Shown here: one piece after another, positions 39,853 to 47,904 of the stretch
How the letters are laid out: every line of letters begins with the position of its first letter
How positions within the stretch are numbered: position 1 is the stretch's first letter
Assembly: GCA_013153315.1 (NCBI GenBank)
Contig: JAADES010000049.1
Span: forward strand, 1 to 47,904
Length of the DNA stretch: 47,904 nt
Direction: 5' to 3'
DNA from: Aquificota bacterium
GTDB lineage: Bacteria > Aquificota > Aquificia > Aquificales > QOAS01
Notes under the pieces: model-generated
What the model saw: only the letters and a program-made list of their open reading frames with translations
Told to the model about the DNA's origin: nothing
Database searches by the model: none
Program-made: the position numbers and the translations under genes

Positions 39853-40086
39853 TTATTTTTCCTCCGGTAGCTCTATTTCAAAGACCTTTTCCCTACCGGT
39901 GGCTCCCTTTATAAGTTTTACCCTACTTTTGGGAACATTGAAATACTTTGCCAACAGCTCGGTAATTCTTTTATTTGCCAAACCTTTAACGGGAGGGGCA
40001 CTAACCTTTACCTCAAAATAGTTTTCCCCCAACTTAGATATTCCCTCTTTTTTGGAGTTAGGTTTTGCCTTTACCCTTATTTGCAT
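39853..40086 (-). CDS. DUF167/YggU (UPF0235) protein
   Basis: VKAKPNSKK, VKVSAPP.KG.AN, LA.YF.VPKS.V.L.KG.T.R.K. Confidence 0.9.
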   Translation of the reverse strand: MQIRVKAKPNSKKEGISKLGENYFEVKVSAPPVKGLANKRITELLAKYFNVPKSRVKLIKGATGREKVFEIELPEEK

Positions 40087-40095
40087 TGGATTAAA

Positions 40096-40260
40096 TTATC
40101 CCCGCGAAGGTTTTTCAAATACCTTTTTCCATACAAAGACCACTATTCCCACCAAGAGGAGAAAAATTAATAGGTTCCAAAAGAGGGAAAAGAAACCTCC
40201 AAAACATATATGGCCAAAAGAGTGCCAACAATGGTGGTAGTAACAACAGTAACCTCCCAT
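40096..40260 (-). CDS. 54-aa Cys/His-rich single-pass membrane microprotein (not in ORF track)
   Basis: Manual translation MGGYCCYYHHCWHSFGHICFGGFFSLFWNLLIFLLLVGIVVFVWKKVFEKPSRG*. It ends 9 nt before the yggU start and fills an otherwise empty gap. Confidence 0.7.
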   Translation of the reverse strand: MGGYCCYYHHCWHSFGHICFGGFFSLFWNLLIFLLLVGIVVFVWKKVFEKPSRG

Positions 40261-40367
40261 AGGGGTTTAAATTTAGTAAAAGCTAACAAAAAGATGGGCA
40301 AATAAGTTTTAACTTTCCGAAATTGTTAAAATGTTCAAATTCAGAAAAAACCTAAAGGGGGCTAATA

Positions 40368-41684
40368 ATGGCTCAGAGGGCAATTAGAGAGTACGACGCG
40401 AAAAGAATTTTGGCCAGAAACTGGAAAGATTACTTCGGCGACGAATTTGAGTATGACTTCAAAAGCGTTTTGATAACTCCCGAAACCGACCTAGATAAGG
40501 TTCCCGAAGAACACCCTTGGGTATTGGAAACTCCCTTGGTAGCAAAACCCGACATGCTCTTCGGAAAGAGGGGTAAACTCGGATTGGTTCTCTACAAAAT
40601 AAACAAACCCGGCGACGTAACTTGGGAAGACGTCAAAAAGTGGATAAAAGAGAAAATGGGTCAGGAAATCGAAATTAAAGGGGTAAAAGGAAAACTGACC
40701 CACTTCATCGTAGAACCCTTCGTTCCCCACGAACAGGACGAAGAATACTATGTTGCCATGTCCATGGGCGACGAAGCGGACAAAATCTATATGTCTGCCT
40801 TCGGTGGTATCGACGTAGAGGAAAATTGGGATAAAGTTGTAGAAGTTAACATTCCTCCCCTCGCAACCGACGAAGAGGCGGCCAAGCTAATCGAAGAAAA
40901 CGTTCCCGCCGAAATCAAAGATAAAAAAACCTACGCCGAGTTTGTTAAGAGACTTTACAAATATTTCAAAGACCTGCACTTCTCCTATCTGGAAATAAAC
41001 CCCATAGTTATAAAGGGCAACAAAGTTTATCCCCTCGATATGGTTGCACGCTTGGACGACACCGCCCAATTTGTGGCCGGTAGAAAGTGGGGCGACATAA
41101 CCTTCCCCGCCGGCTTCGGAAGGGAACTAACTCCCGAAGAAAAATATATCAAAGAATTGGACGAAAAATCGGGAGCATCCCTAAAGCTCACCATCCTAAA
41201 CCCCGAAGGTAGGGTATGGCTATTAATAGCGGGCGGTGGTGCTTCCGTTGTTTACGCCGACACCGTTGCCGACATGGGCTTCGTTGAAGAGTTGGCAAAC
41301 TACGGAGAATACTCCGGAAACCCCTCCCGCACCGAAACCCGCGAATACGTTAAAACCCTATTCGACCTAATGACCAGAGAAAAACATAAGAGCGGAAAAC
41401 CCAAAATATTACTCATCGGTGGTGCTATAGCAAACTTCACCGACGTTGCCAAAACCTTCGACGGAATAATCGACGCAATGAAAGAATATGCCGACAAGCT
41501 AAAAGAGGTGGGCGTAAAAATCTACGTAAGAAGGGGTGGCCCCAACTACGAAGTTGGTTTGGCAAAAATCAAAAAAGCCGCCGAAGAGTTGGGTATTCCC
41601 ATCGAAGTTTACGGCCCCGAAACCCACATGACCTATATAGTTCAAAAAGCCTTGGTCGAAGATGAAAAAGAGGAAAACAAATAA
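40368..41684 (+). CDS. aclB: ATP-citrate lyase beta subunit
   Basis: MAQRAIREYDAK, KPDMLFGKRGK, EPFVPH, SLKLT.LNP.G, AGGGASVVYADT, NYGEYSGNP, GGAIANFTDVAKTF, RRGGPNY. Confidence 0.95.
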   Translation: MAQRAIREYDAKRILARNWKDYFGDEFEYDFKSVLITPETDLDKVPEEHPWVLETPLVAKPDMLFGKRGKLGLVLYKINKPGDVTWEDVKKWIKEKMGQEIEIKGVKGKLTHFIVEPFVPHEQDEEYYVAMSMGDEADKIYMSAFGGIDVEENWDKVVEVNIPPLATDEEAAKLIEENVPAEIKDKKTYAEFVKRLYKYFKDLHFSYLEINPIVIKGNKVYPLDMVARLDDTAQFVAGRKWGDITFPAGFGRELTPEEKYIKELDEKSGASLKLTILNPEGRVWLLIAGGGASVVYADTVADMGFVEELANYGEYSGNPSRTETREYVKTLFDLMTREKHKSGKPKILLIGGAIANFTDVAKTFDGIIDAMKEYADKLKEVGVKIYVRRGGPNYEVGLAKIKKAAEELGIPIEVYGPETHMTYIVQKALVEDEKEENK

Positions 41685-41803
41685 AAATAGCACCCTTTAA
41701 TGGTTTTCTTTCCTAACAGAAAAGGGTTAATGCTTCTTTTAACTTCTTTCTTTGCCTCTGTTATTATGAAAAAAATTTGAAAATTAACCTTGGGAGGTAT
41801 AAA

Positions 41804-43654
41804 ATGGCAAAACCCGATTACATTCTTTTTGACAGAAATACCAAAGCCATTTTCTGGAACCTAAACCCCAACGCTATCCAAAGAATGCTCGATTACGACT
41901 ACCTTGTTCAAAGAGAGCCTTCCATAGTGGCTATAGTGGCCCCCACCTCCAACAGAAAATTTGAAAAATTCTTCTACGGAACAAAAGAGATTTTAATCCC
42001 CATATACAAAAGCACCGTTGAGGCGGCGGAAGCCCACCCCGATGCCGATGTGTTGGTTAATTTCGCATCTTTCAGGACGGCCTACCCCGTAACAATGGAA
42101 GCCCTCGACATTCCCACCATAAGAACCATCGCTATAACCGCCGAAGGTATTCCCGAAAGGTTCGCCCGCGAAATGAGGATTAAGGCCAAGGAGCTGGGTA
42201 AATGGATTATAGGCCCCGCCACCGTCGGAGGAATAGCCGCAGGAGCCTTCAGAATTGGTAATGCGGGCGGAACCCTTCAAAACATCGTAAAATCCAAATT
42301 GCACCGCCCCGGCTCCGTGGGATTGGTAACCCGTTCGGGTGGATTGTTCAATGAGTTGTCTAACATAATTGCCAGAAACGCCAACGGTATAGTGGAAGGT
42401 ATCGCAATCGGTGGTGACCGTTTCCCCGGTAGTGATTTCTTAGACCACCTACTAAGGTATCAGAAAAACCCCAAAATCAAGTTCATGGTAATGCTCGGAG
42501 AGGTCGGCGGTGAATTGGAATATCGCGTAGCCAAAGCCATCGAAGAGGGCCTAATAACCAAACCCGTTATAGCTTGGTGTATCGGAACAATAGCTAAACA
42601 CTTCGGTGGAGAGGTTCAATTCGGACACGCCGGAGCTAAAGCAGGTGCCGACAGAGAAACCGCCGACGCCAAAAACGAAGCCCTAAGAAAAGCGGGTGCG
42701 TTGGTTCCCAACAGCTTTAACGAATTGCCCGAACTTATAAAACAAGTTTACGAAGACCTAAAGGCAAAAGGCGAAATTGAAGAGGTGGTAGAACCCGAAG
42801 TTCCTCCCATACCCGAAGATTTTGCAAAAGCTGTTAAAGCCGGAAAAGTTAGAAGACCTACCCACTTTATCTGCACAATCTCCGACGACCGCGGAGAAGA
42901 GGCTACCTATTGCGGTATTCCTATCTCCGAAGTTGTTGAGAAAGGCTATTCCATCGCCGACGTTATAGGCCTGCTCTGGTTCAAGAGAAAATTCCCCAAA
43001 TGGGCTTCCGACTTCATCGATATGGTTCTAAAAATAGTAGCCGACCACGGCCCCGCGGTTTCTGGTGCCCACAACGCAAGGGTAACCGCCAGAGCCGGAA
43101 AAGACCTAATGTCCTCCTTGGCCACCGCAATATTGACCATCGGCCCCCGTTTTGGAGGAGCTATCGACGGAGCGGCCAAATACTTCAAAATGGCCAAAGA
43201 CAAGGGAATGGAACCTTGGGAATTCGTTGACTATATGAAGAAGGTAGAAAAGAAAAATATCCCCGGTATCGGACACAGGATTAAATCGGTTAAAAACCCC
43301 GACAAAAGGGTGGAACTCCTCAAAAACTACGCTAAAAAACACTTCCCCAGCACCGAATACCTCGACTATGCCTTGGAAGTAGAAAAAGTGACCACCTCTA
43401 AGAAGGAAAACCTAATTCTCAACGTTGACGGAACTATCGGGGTTCTCTTGGTTGATATGTTCAAAGCCCTCGGCTACACCGACGAGCAGATAGACGAACT
43501 CATAGAAGCGGGAGCTTTCAACGCCTTCTTCGTGTTGGGAAGGTCTATCGGATTTATCGGCCACTATCTCGACGAAAAACGCCTCGGTCTACCTCTCTAC
43601 AGACACCCTTGGGACGATATTCTCTATCTCGTGGAAAGACCCGAAGAAGCTTAA
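41804..43654 (+). CDS. aclA: ATP-citrate lyase alpha subunit
   Basis: QRMLDYD, NFASFR, IIGPATVGG, VQFGHAGA (phospho-His), ADHGPAVSGAHN, GIGHRIKS, NLILNVDG. ATG at 41804 has a GGAGG RBS. Confidence 0.95.
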   Translation: MAKPDYILFDRNTKAIFWNLNPNAIQRMLDYDYLVQREPSIVAIVAPTSNRKFEKFFYGTKEILIPIYKSTVEAAEAHPDADVLVNFASFRTAYPVTMEALDIPTIRTIAITAEGIPERFAREMRIKAKELGKWIIGPATVGGIAAGAFRIGNAGGTLQNIVKSKLHRPGSVGLVTRSGGLFNELSNIIARNANGIVEGIAIGGDRFPGSDFLDHLLRYQKNPKIKFMVMLGEVGGELEYRVAKAIEEGLITKPVIAWCIGTIAKHFGGEVQFGHAGAKAGADRETADAKNEALRKAGALVPNSFNELPELIKQVYEDLKAKGEIEEVVEPEVPPIPEDFAKAVKAGKVRRPTHFICTISDDRGEEATYCGIPISEVVEKGYSIADVIGLLWFKRKFPKWASDFIDMVLKIVADHGPAVSGAHNARVTARAGKDLMSSLATAILTIGPRFGGAIDGAAKYFKMAKDKGMEPWEFVDYMKKVEKKNIPGIGHRIKSVKNPDKRVELLKNYAKKHFPSTEYLDYALEVEKVTTSKKENLILNVDGTIGVLLVDMFKALGYTDEQIDELIEAGAFNAFFVLGRSIGFIGHYLDEKRLGLPLYRHPWDDILYLVERPEEA

Positions 43655-43674
43655 TTTTCCCCTTCTTCTACCTT

Positions 43675-44544
43675 TTAATTTCCTACAATTTTTACTTCCT
43701 CTTGAAGGACTATTCCAAATTCCCTAAAAACCCTTTCCTTGGCAATATCCAAAATTTTTAGAACATCATCAAAGGTTGCTTTTAAATCCCTGTTAACCAA
43801 AAAGTTGGCATGTTTTTCGGAAAAACAAAGTCCGTTTTTGGTGCAAAAACCTTTTAATCCCACCTCTTGGAGGAGTTTACCGGCGTATCCTTGGGGAGGA
43901 TTTTTAAAAGTTGAACCTGCCGTTGGATAGGACAAAGGTTGTTTTTCCCTCCTTAGACGGGAAAGCTTTGCTACTACCCTTTTAAAGGATTCTTTCTTTT
44001 TTTCCAACTTCAGGAGAACCTTTAAAACCAAACCTTTTTGGGGAAAGGGGGAGCTTCTATAACCAAATTGGGGTTTTATTGCTTTAAAAACCCCTTCGGT
44101 AGGGTCAAAATAGATAACCTTTTCAACTACCGAAGATATTTCCCGTCCGTAGGCTCCCGCGTTCATAGCCACCGCACCGCCTACAGTTATGCGGGGAATG
44201 CCCATTAACATTTCCAGACCAAAGAGGGATTTTTCTACACAAAGAGGGTAAAAATCTTTTATAGGAGTTCCTGCCAAAGCTTCTATATAAACACCTTCGT
44301 AGGTCTCTTTTACAATTTGCCACCCTTTAAGGTTTCCTGTATAAACCACAACCCCTTTAAAGTTTCCGAAAATTGTATTTGAACCCCCCCCTAGGTAATA
44401 AAGGGGATAATCTTGGGCCAATTTTGGGAGAAGTCGGATTATATCTTCCTCTTTAGAAGGGGTAAAAAATAGCTCTGCCCTACCTCCGATTTTTATTGTT
44501 GTGAATTCCTTTAAAGGATACTTTCTTTTTAATTGGCTTAGCAT
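43675..44544 (-). CDS. murB: UDP-N-acetylmuramate dehydrogenase
   Basis: TT.KIGG.A, LGGGSN, GGAV.MNAGAYG, FGYRSS, AGSTFKNP, SEKHANF, L.EEV. Confidence 0.95.
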   Translation of the reverse strand: MLSQLKRKYPLKEFTTIKIGGRAELFFTPSKEEDIIRLLPKLAQDYPLYYLGGGSNTIFGNFKGVVVYTGNLKGWQIVKETYEGVYIEALAGTPIKDFYPLCVEKSLFGLEMLMGIPRITVGGAVAMNAGAYGREISSVVEKVIYFDPTEGVFKAIKPQFGYRSSPFPQKGLVLKVLLKLEKKKESFKRVVAKLSRLRREKQPLSYPTAGSTFKNPPQGYAGKLLQEVGLKGFCTKNGLCFSEKHANFLVNRDLKATFDDVLKILDIAKERVFREFGIVLQEEVKIVGN

Positions 44545-44584
44545 CTAAAAATGGATTATTTCTTCAGTTAAATTTATCCCCACC

Positions 44585-45565
44585 ATGAAATGGTCTAAAT
44601 ACCTAGAAAACCTTTATAAGAAAGCTATAAATAAAGAAAAAATTCCCAAAGAGGACTTATTAAAACTTTCAGAAATACCTACCTCGGAAATTCCTTTAAT
44701 GGTTTACTACGCGGGGAAAGTTAAAAACCACTTTTTCGGCGACCAATTGGAATTTTGTTCGATAATAAATGCCAAATCGGGAGCCTGTTCGGAAGACTGC
44801 AAATTTTGTGCCCAATCCCGTTTTTACAAGGCCGGGGCGCCCGTTTATACCTTTGTAGGCTTGGAAGAAATTTTAAAAGGTGCCGAAATGGCCCTACAGG
44901 CAGGTTCTAAACACTATAGCCTGGTTTTGAGTGGAAAAAAGGCCACCGATAGGGAAATAGACTTTATGGTGAAGGCGGCACAACTCATAAAAGAGCGTTT
45001 TCCCCAACTAAAACTGTGCTTTTCTGCCGGAACTTTAAGAGCTCCACAGATAAAAAAACTCCAAGAGGCAGGTTTCGATAGGCTCCACCACAATTTGGAA
45101 ACATCCCCAAGGTTCTATTCTCAAATAGTTTCCACCCACCGTTGGGAAGACAGATATAAAACCCTTTTGGAGGCAAAGAAACTTAACATAGAAACCTGTT
45201 CGGGTGGTCTATTTGGAATGGGCGAAACTTGGGAGGATAGGGTTGATTTGGCATTAATCCTTTCGGAGTTAAAGGTTAATTCGATACCTCTAAATTTCCT
45301 AATTCCTATAAAAGGCACCCCTATGGAAGGAAAACCTCTTTTAACAGCCAAGGAGGCTTTAATAATTATTGCCCTATTTAGGTTTACCAATCCCGAGGCA
45401 GAAATTAGATTGGCCGGCGGAAGGGAAAGGGTTTTGGGCGACTATTTGGGTATGGCCAATTTTATGGTAAACGCCCATATGGTAGGGGGTTATTTAACCC
45501 GAGCCTCCCGCGACCCCAACGCCGATAGGGAAATGGTTTTTAGTGGAGGCTTTAAGCTTCTTTAG
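44585..45565 (+). CDS. bioB: biotin synthase
   Basis: IINAKSGACSEDCKFCAQS, HNLETS, CSGGLFGMGE, PLNFL.PI.GTP, R.AGGRE. Confidence 0.95.
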   Translation: MKWSKYLENLYKKAINKEKIPKEDLLKLSEIPTSEIPLMVYYAGKVKNHFFGDQLEFCSIINAKSGACSEDCKFCAQSRFYKAGAPVYTFVGLEEILKGAEMALQAGSKHYSLVLSGKKATDREIDFMVKAAQLIKERFPQLKLCFSAGTLRAPQIKKLQEAGFDRLHHNLETSPRFYSQIVSTHRWEDRYKTLLEAKKLNIETCSGGLFGMGETWEDRVDLALILSELKVNSIPLNFLIPIKGTPMEGKPLLTAKEALIIIALFRFTNPEAEIRLAGGRERVLGDYLGMANFMVNAHMVGGYLTRASRDPNADREMVFSGGFKLL

Positions 45566-46119
45566 CCCAACTCTATTAACATAGCGGTCTCATCGCAGTT
45601 GGGAAACTTGGGACAATTTAGGCAATCGTTCCAAACCTTGTGGGGTAAAAATTTTTTATCGATTTCCCTAAAACCCATTTTTTTAAAAAATTCCACCTGA
45701 TAGGTTAAAACAAAAACTTTTTTTATATCGAAGCTTGCCGCCTCCTCCAAACATAGTTTTACCAATTTTCTGCCTATACCTTTTCCATGCATAGCGGGAT
45801 GAACGGCCAAAGACCTTATTTCCGCCAAATCCTCCCAAGTTATGTGGAGGGCCGCACAACCTACAACTTCATCGCCTACTTGAGCCACCCAAAAATCTCT
45901 AACTACGTCGTAAAGCCTATTTAAACTTACGGGCAACAATAAACCTTCTTTGGCAAAATGGTTTATCAGCGAGTGGATTTTTACCATATCCCTCGGTTTG
46001 GCTTTTCTAAAGATTATTTCCCCCTTAGGAGGTTCTTTTTTTAGTTCTACCGCCGAGGGTAGAACCAGATTTTCCCCTTGGGTAGGAAAAGAAAAACTAT
46101 TACCTTCAAAGGGAGACAT
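45562..46119 (-). CDS. argA: short GNAT N-acetyltransferase, N-acetylglutamate synthase (ArgA)-like
   Basis: LIN.FA.EG.LLP, GCAALHI.WEDLAEIRSLAV, VFVLTYQ..FF.K.GF, LPHKVW.DC..CPKFP.CDE.A. Confidence 0.75.
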   Translation of the reverse strand: MSPFEGNSFSFPTQGENLVLPSAVELKKEPPKGEIIFRKAKPRDMVKIHSLINHFAKEGLLLPVSLNRLYDVVRDFWVAQVGDEVVGCAALHITWEDLAEIRSLAVHPAMHGKGIGRKLVKLCLEEAASFDIKKVFVLTYQVEFFKKMGFREIDKKFLPHKVWNDCLNCPKFPNCDETAMLIELG

Positions 46120-46201
46120 ACAAAAAAACCTTATTTGGATTATTGAAGATAAACCTATTTTTGGATTGGAAAGAAAGAAAAAACCAAGAAAGGTTTAAAG
46201 G

Positions 46202-46588
46202 TTAAATTCCGCAGGCTCCGCTACCGCAGGAGGAGCAACCGCCGCCGAAGTTCATAGCGTTAGGGTTGTTTATTTTAAAACCTTCCCCGAAGGGGGTTTG
46301 AACATAATCTATTTCCGCACCGTTTATGAAGGGAACGGAATTTTGGTCTACAACCACCTTAATACCGTGTTGCTCTACTACTACGTCGTTGTCTCTAACT
46401 TCGTCAAAACCCATAGAGTAGGAAATTCCGCTGCAACCGCCGGGGATTGCCTGAACCCTTAAAACAATATCTTTTATACCGTGCTGCTCGGCCAATTTTT
46501 TTAGCTCTTGGGCAGCTTTTTCGGTTACTGTTATAACAACGGTGTTATTTTGTTCTTGGGTTTGAACATTGTTATTTTGCTCTTGCAT
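46202..46588 (-). CDS. A-type Fe-S carrier (HesB/IscA/ErpA family)
   Basis: IT.TEKAA, GGCSG.SY, IDY....G.GF.INNPNA, C-terminal CSSCG. Confidence 0.92.
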   Translation of the reverse strand: MQEQNNNVQTQEQNNTVVITVTEKAAQELKKLAEQHGIKDIVLRVQAIPGGCSGISYSMGFDEVRDNDVVVEQHGIKVVVDQNSVPFINGAEIDYVQTPFGEGFKINNPNAMNFGGGCSSCGSGACGI

Positions 46589-46652
46589 AATTTAACCTCC
46601 TTAAGGTTTTTCCTCTTCAAATTTAACCTTTAAAGGAATAGCTCCCTATGCG

Positions 46653-46671
46653 TTTCCTCAATTTGAGGAAA
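46653..46671. promoter_or_regulatory. perfect 9-1-9 palindrome between divergent iscA-like gene and cas2
   Basis: TTTCCTCAA-T-TTGAGGAAA, ending 18 nt before the cas2 ATG. Confidence 0.55.
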
Positions 46672-46689
46672 TATTAACTTTATTTTCTA

Positions 46690-46938
46690 ATGCCTAAATT
46701 TTTAGTTTGCTACGATGTAAGCTCCGAAAAAAAACGTTCCCGCCTTAGGAAGAAGTTAAAAGACAGCGGGCTTCACTTGCAATGGAGTGTCTTCGAAGTG
46801 GAAGCCGACAATGCCGAGCAAATTAGGAAATTCCTTTCGGAAAAAATAGAAAATTTCGAAAGTTTAATGGTTTTTCGAATTAAAAAACTTGAAGCCCGCT
46901 TAGGCACCGACTGGGAAATTCCCGAATATCGAATTTAA
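46690..46938 (+). CDS. cas2: CRISPR-associated endoribonuclease Cas2 (orphan)
   Basis: FLVCYDVS..KKR.RL.K.LK..G.HLQWSVFE is the canonical Cas2 N-terminal pattern; 82 aa. Confidence 0.88.
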   Translation: MPKFLVCYDVSSEKKRSRLRKKLKDSGLHLQWSVFEVEADNAEQIRKFLSEKIENFESLMVFRIKKLEARLGTDWEIPEYRI

Positions 46939-46947
46939 AATAAAATC

Positions 46948-47766
46948 ATGGATATCTCTTTCAAAAGCTTGGCTCGGCTCTTTAGGGAAAAGAAACTTAT
47001 AACCATAGCTTCAAAAAATACCCCCTACCGGTTTCAAAATGGAAAACTGACCGTTTTTAGGGAAAGTTTTGATTACAAAAACCTTTTGGGGGTAATCTTC
47101 TTAGAAAAACCTTCATCCCCTCCAAGGGTTAGAAAAGTTCCTTTAATTTTTCTTAGACCTTTTGAGGTTAAAAACATTTCCCTTCAACCCACGGACGAAA
47201 CAGTTTTAAAAGCTCTCCTTTACGAGGTTTGTATAAAAGTGGGTCAAGACCTTCAAAAGTTTTTGTCTAAATACCTAATCCACAAAGGCGGAGGAATAAC
47301 AGTCCTCGCAAGGGGGAAAAGGAAAAGCTACTACAAACGGGTTAACATGCATTTTATTCCCTTTTATGTGGACTGTAAATTTAATCTTCCTATAGAGCAG
47401 TATTTAGCCCGTATTAATCACTATCTGAGGGAAACCTACTATGGTGAGCTAAACTTATATGCCCGCCTCTCCTTGGCTACAGGAATTTTAATAGCCCACG
47501 CTTGGAATATAGAATTACCAGAACCTAAGGAATATTTACCGCTTTGGTTTCTACCTTCGGCCTACGCTCTAACCCAAATGCTTGATTTAAAAGAAAAAAC
47601 CTACGGGTTGGAAAGTTATGCCAAAATCCCTCCGAGGGGTGCTGTTATGGCCTTCTACAACGAACTTATAAACAATGAACCCTATCAGGAATTCCTTCTA
47701 AGGGACTTGATAAATCTCCAATCGAAGGGGGATTTTTCAACAAATTACCGTTTTAGATGGTTTTAA
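46948..47766 (+). CDS. hypothetical protein, possibly highly diverged inactive Cas1-like
   Basis: Intact 272-aa ORF 9 nt after cas2, with Cas1-like N-terminal strand pattern and aromatic C-terminus. The ORF is solid; the family call is tentative. Confidence 0.5.
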   Translation: MDISFKSLARLFREKKLITIASKNTPYRFQNGKLTVFRESFDYKNLLGVIFLEKPSSPPRVRKVPLIFLRPFEVKNISLQPTDETVLKALLYEVCIKVGQDLQKFLSKYLIHKGGGITVLARGKRKSYYKRVNMHFIPFYVDCKFNLPIEQYLARINHYLRETYYGELNLYARLSLATGILIAHAWNIELPEPKEYLPLWFLPSAYALTQMLDLKEKTYGLESYAKIPPRGAVMAFYNELINNEPYQEFLLRDLINLQSKGDFSTNYRFRWF

Positions 47767-47786
47767 TAAAAAATGTTTTAAAAAAC

Positions 47787-47903
47787 CTAAAACCATGAAA
47801 GATTATGTTCCTCAATATAAGCGTATAAAAGTTTTATTAGTCGGGCTAGTTGTATAGGTGTCCATGGCTCGATGCTAATTTCTTCTTCTTCTTCTTCAAA
47901 TTT
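47787..47903 (-). CDS. 3' end of a CDS entering from beyond the window
   Basis: Open minus frame ...KFEEEEEEISIEPWTPIQLARLIKLLYAYIEEHNLSWF* with TAG at 47787-47789. Confidence 0.55.
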   Translation of the reverse strand, partial: KFEEEEEEISIEPWTPIQLARLIKLLYAYIEEHNLSWF

Positions 47904-47904
47904 A

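Noticed and set aside
39396-39914. 172-aa plus-strand ORF and the many other 60-130 aa ORFs nested in core genes
   Set aside because: Antisense or alternate-frame shadows of conserved genes, with no RBS or domain evidence.
47879-47897. (TTC)6 microsatellite
   Set aside because: It encodes poly-Glu in the incoming minus-strand CDS; an in-frame triplet is not a phase-variation tract.

Overview
This is a gene-dense chromosomal window from a thermophilic chemolithoautotroph, most likely Aquificota (inference from the Aquifex-type minimal MutL, the bifunctional FBP aldolase/phosphatase, futalosine-pathway genes and the scattered non-operonic gene order). Most of it is housekeeping: rdgB, purM, aspS, mutL, queC, lpxD/K, ahcY, thrC, nadK, feoB, rph, murB, bioB. 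Reverse-TCA genes are also present: a four-subunit porGDAB, one-step ATP-citrate lyase aclBA and an orphan HdrB/SdhE-like CCG protein. The accessory signals are at the two ends. On the left, an intein-containing topoisomerase III (TopB-like) gene stops abruptly next to the 3' end of tRNA-Arg(CCT), which looks like an island edge. On the right, an orphan cas2 is followed by an intact 272-aa ORF that reads like a highly diverged, catalytically dead Cas1, with no CRISPR array in the window; this is the best candidate for an undescribed system. Also noted: an unannotated 54-aa Cys/His-rich membrane microprotein, a motif-dense intergenic region with a candidate sRNA/sORF, an apparently ATPase-dead NtrC-like regulator, a DinJ-YafQ pair with its operator, a HerA without NurA, and switch-like RNA structures inside the por operon. 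All protein assignments are by-eye motif recognition; no searches were run.
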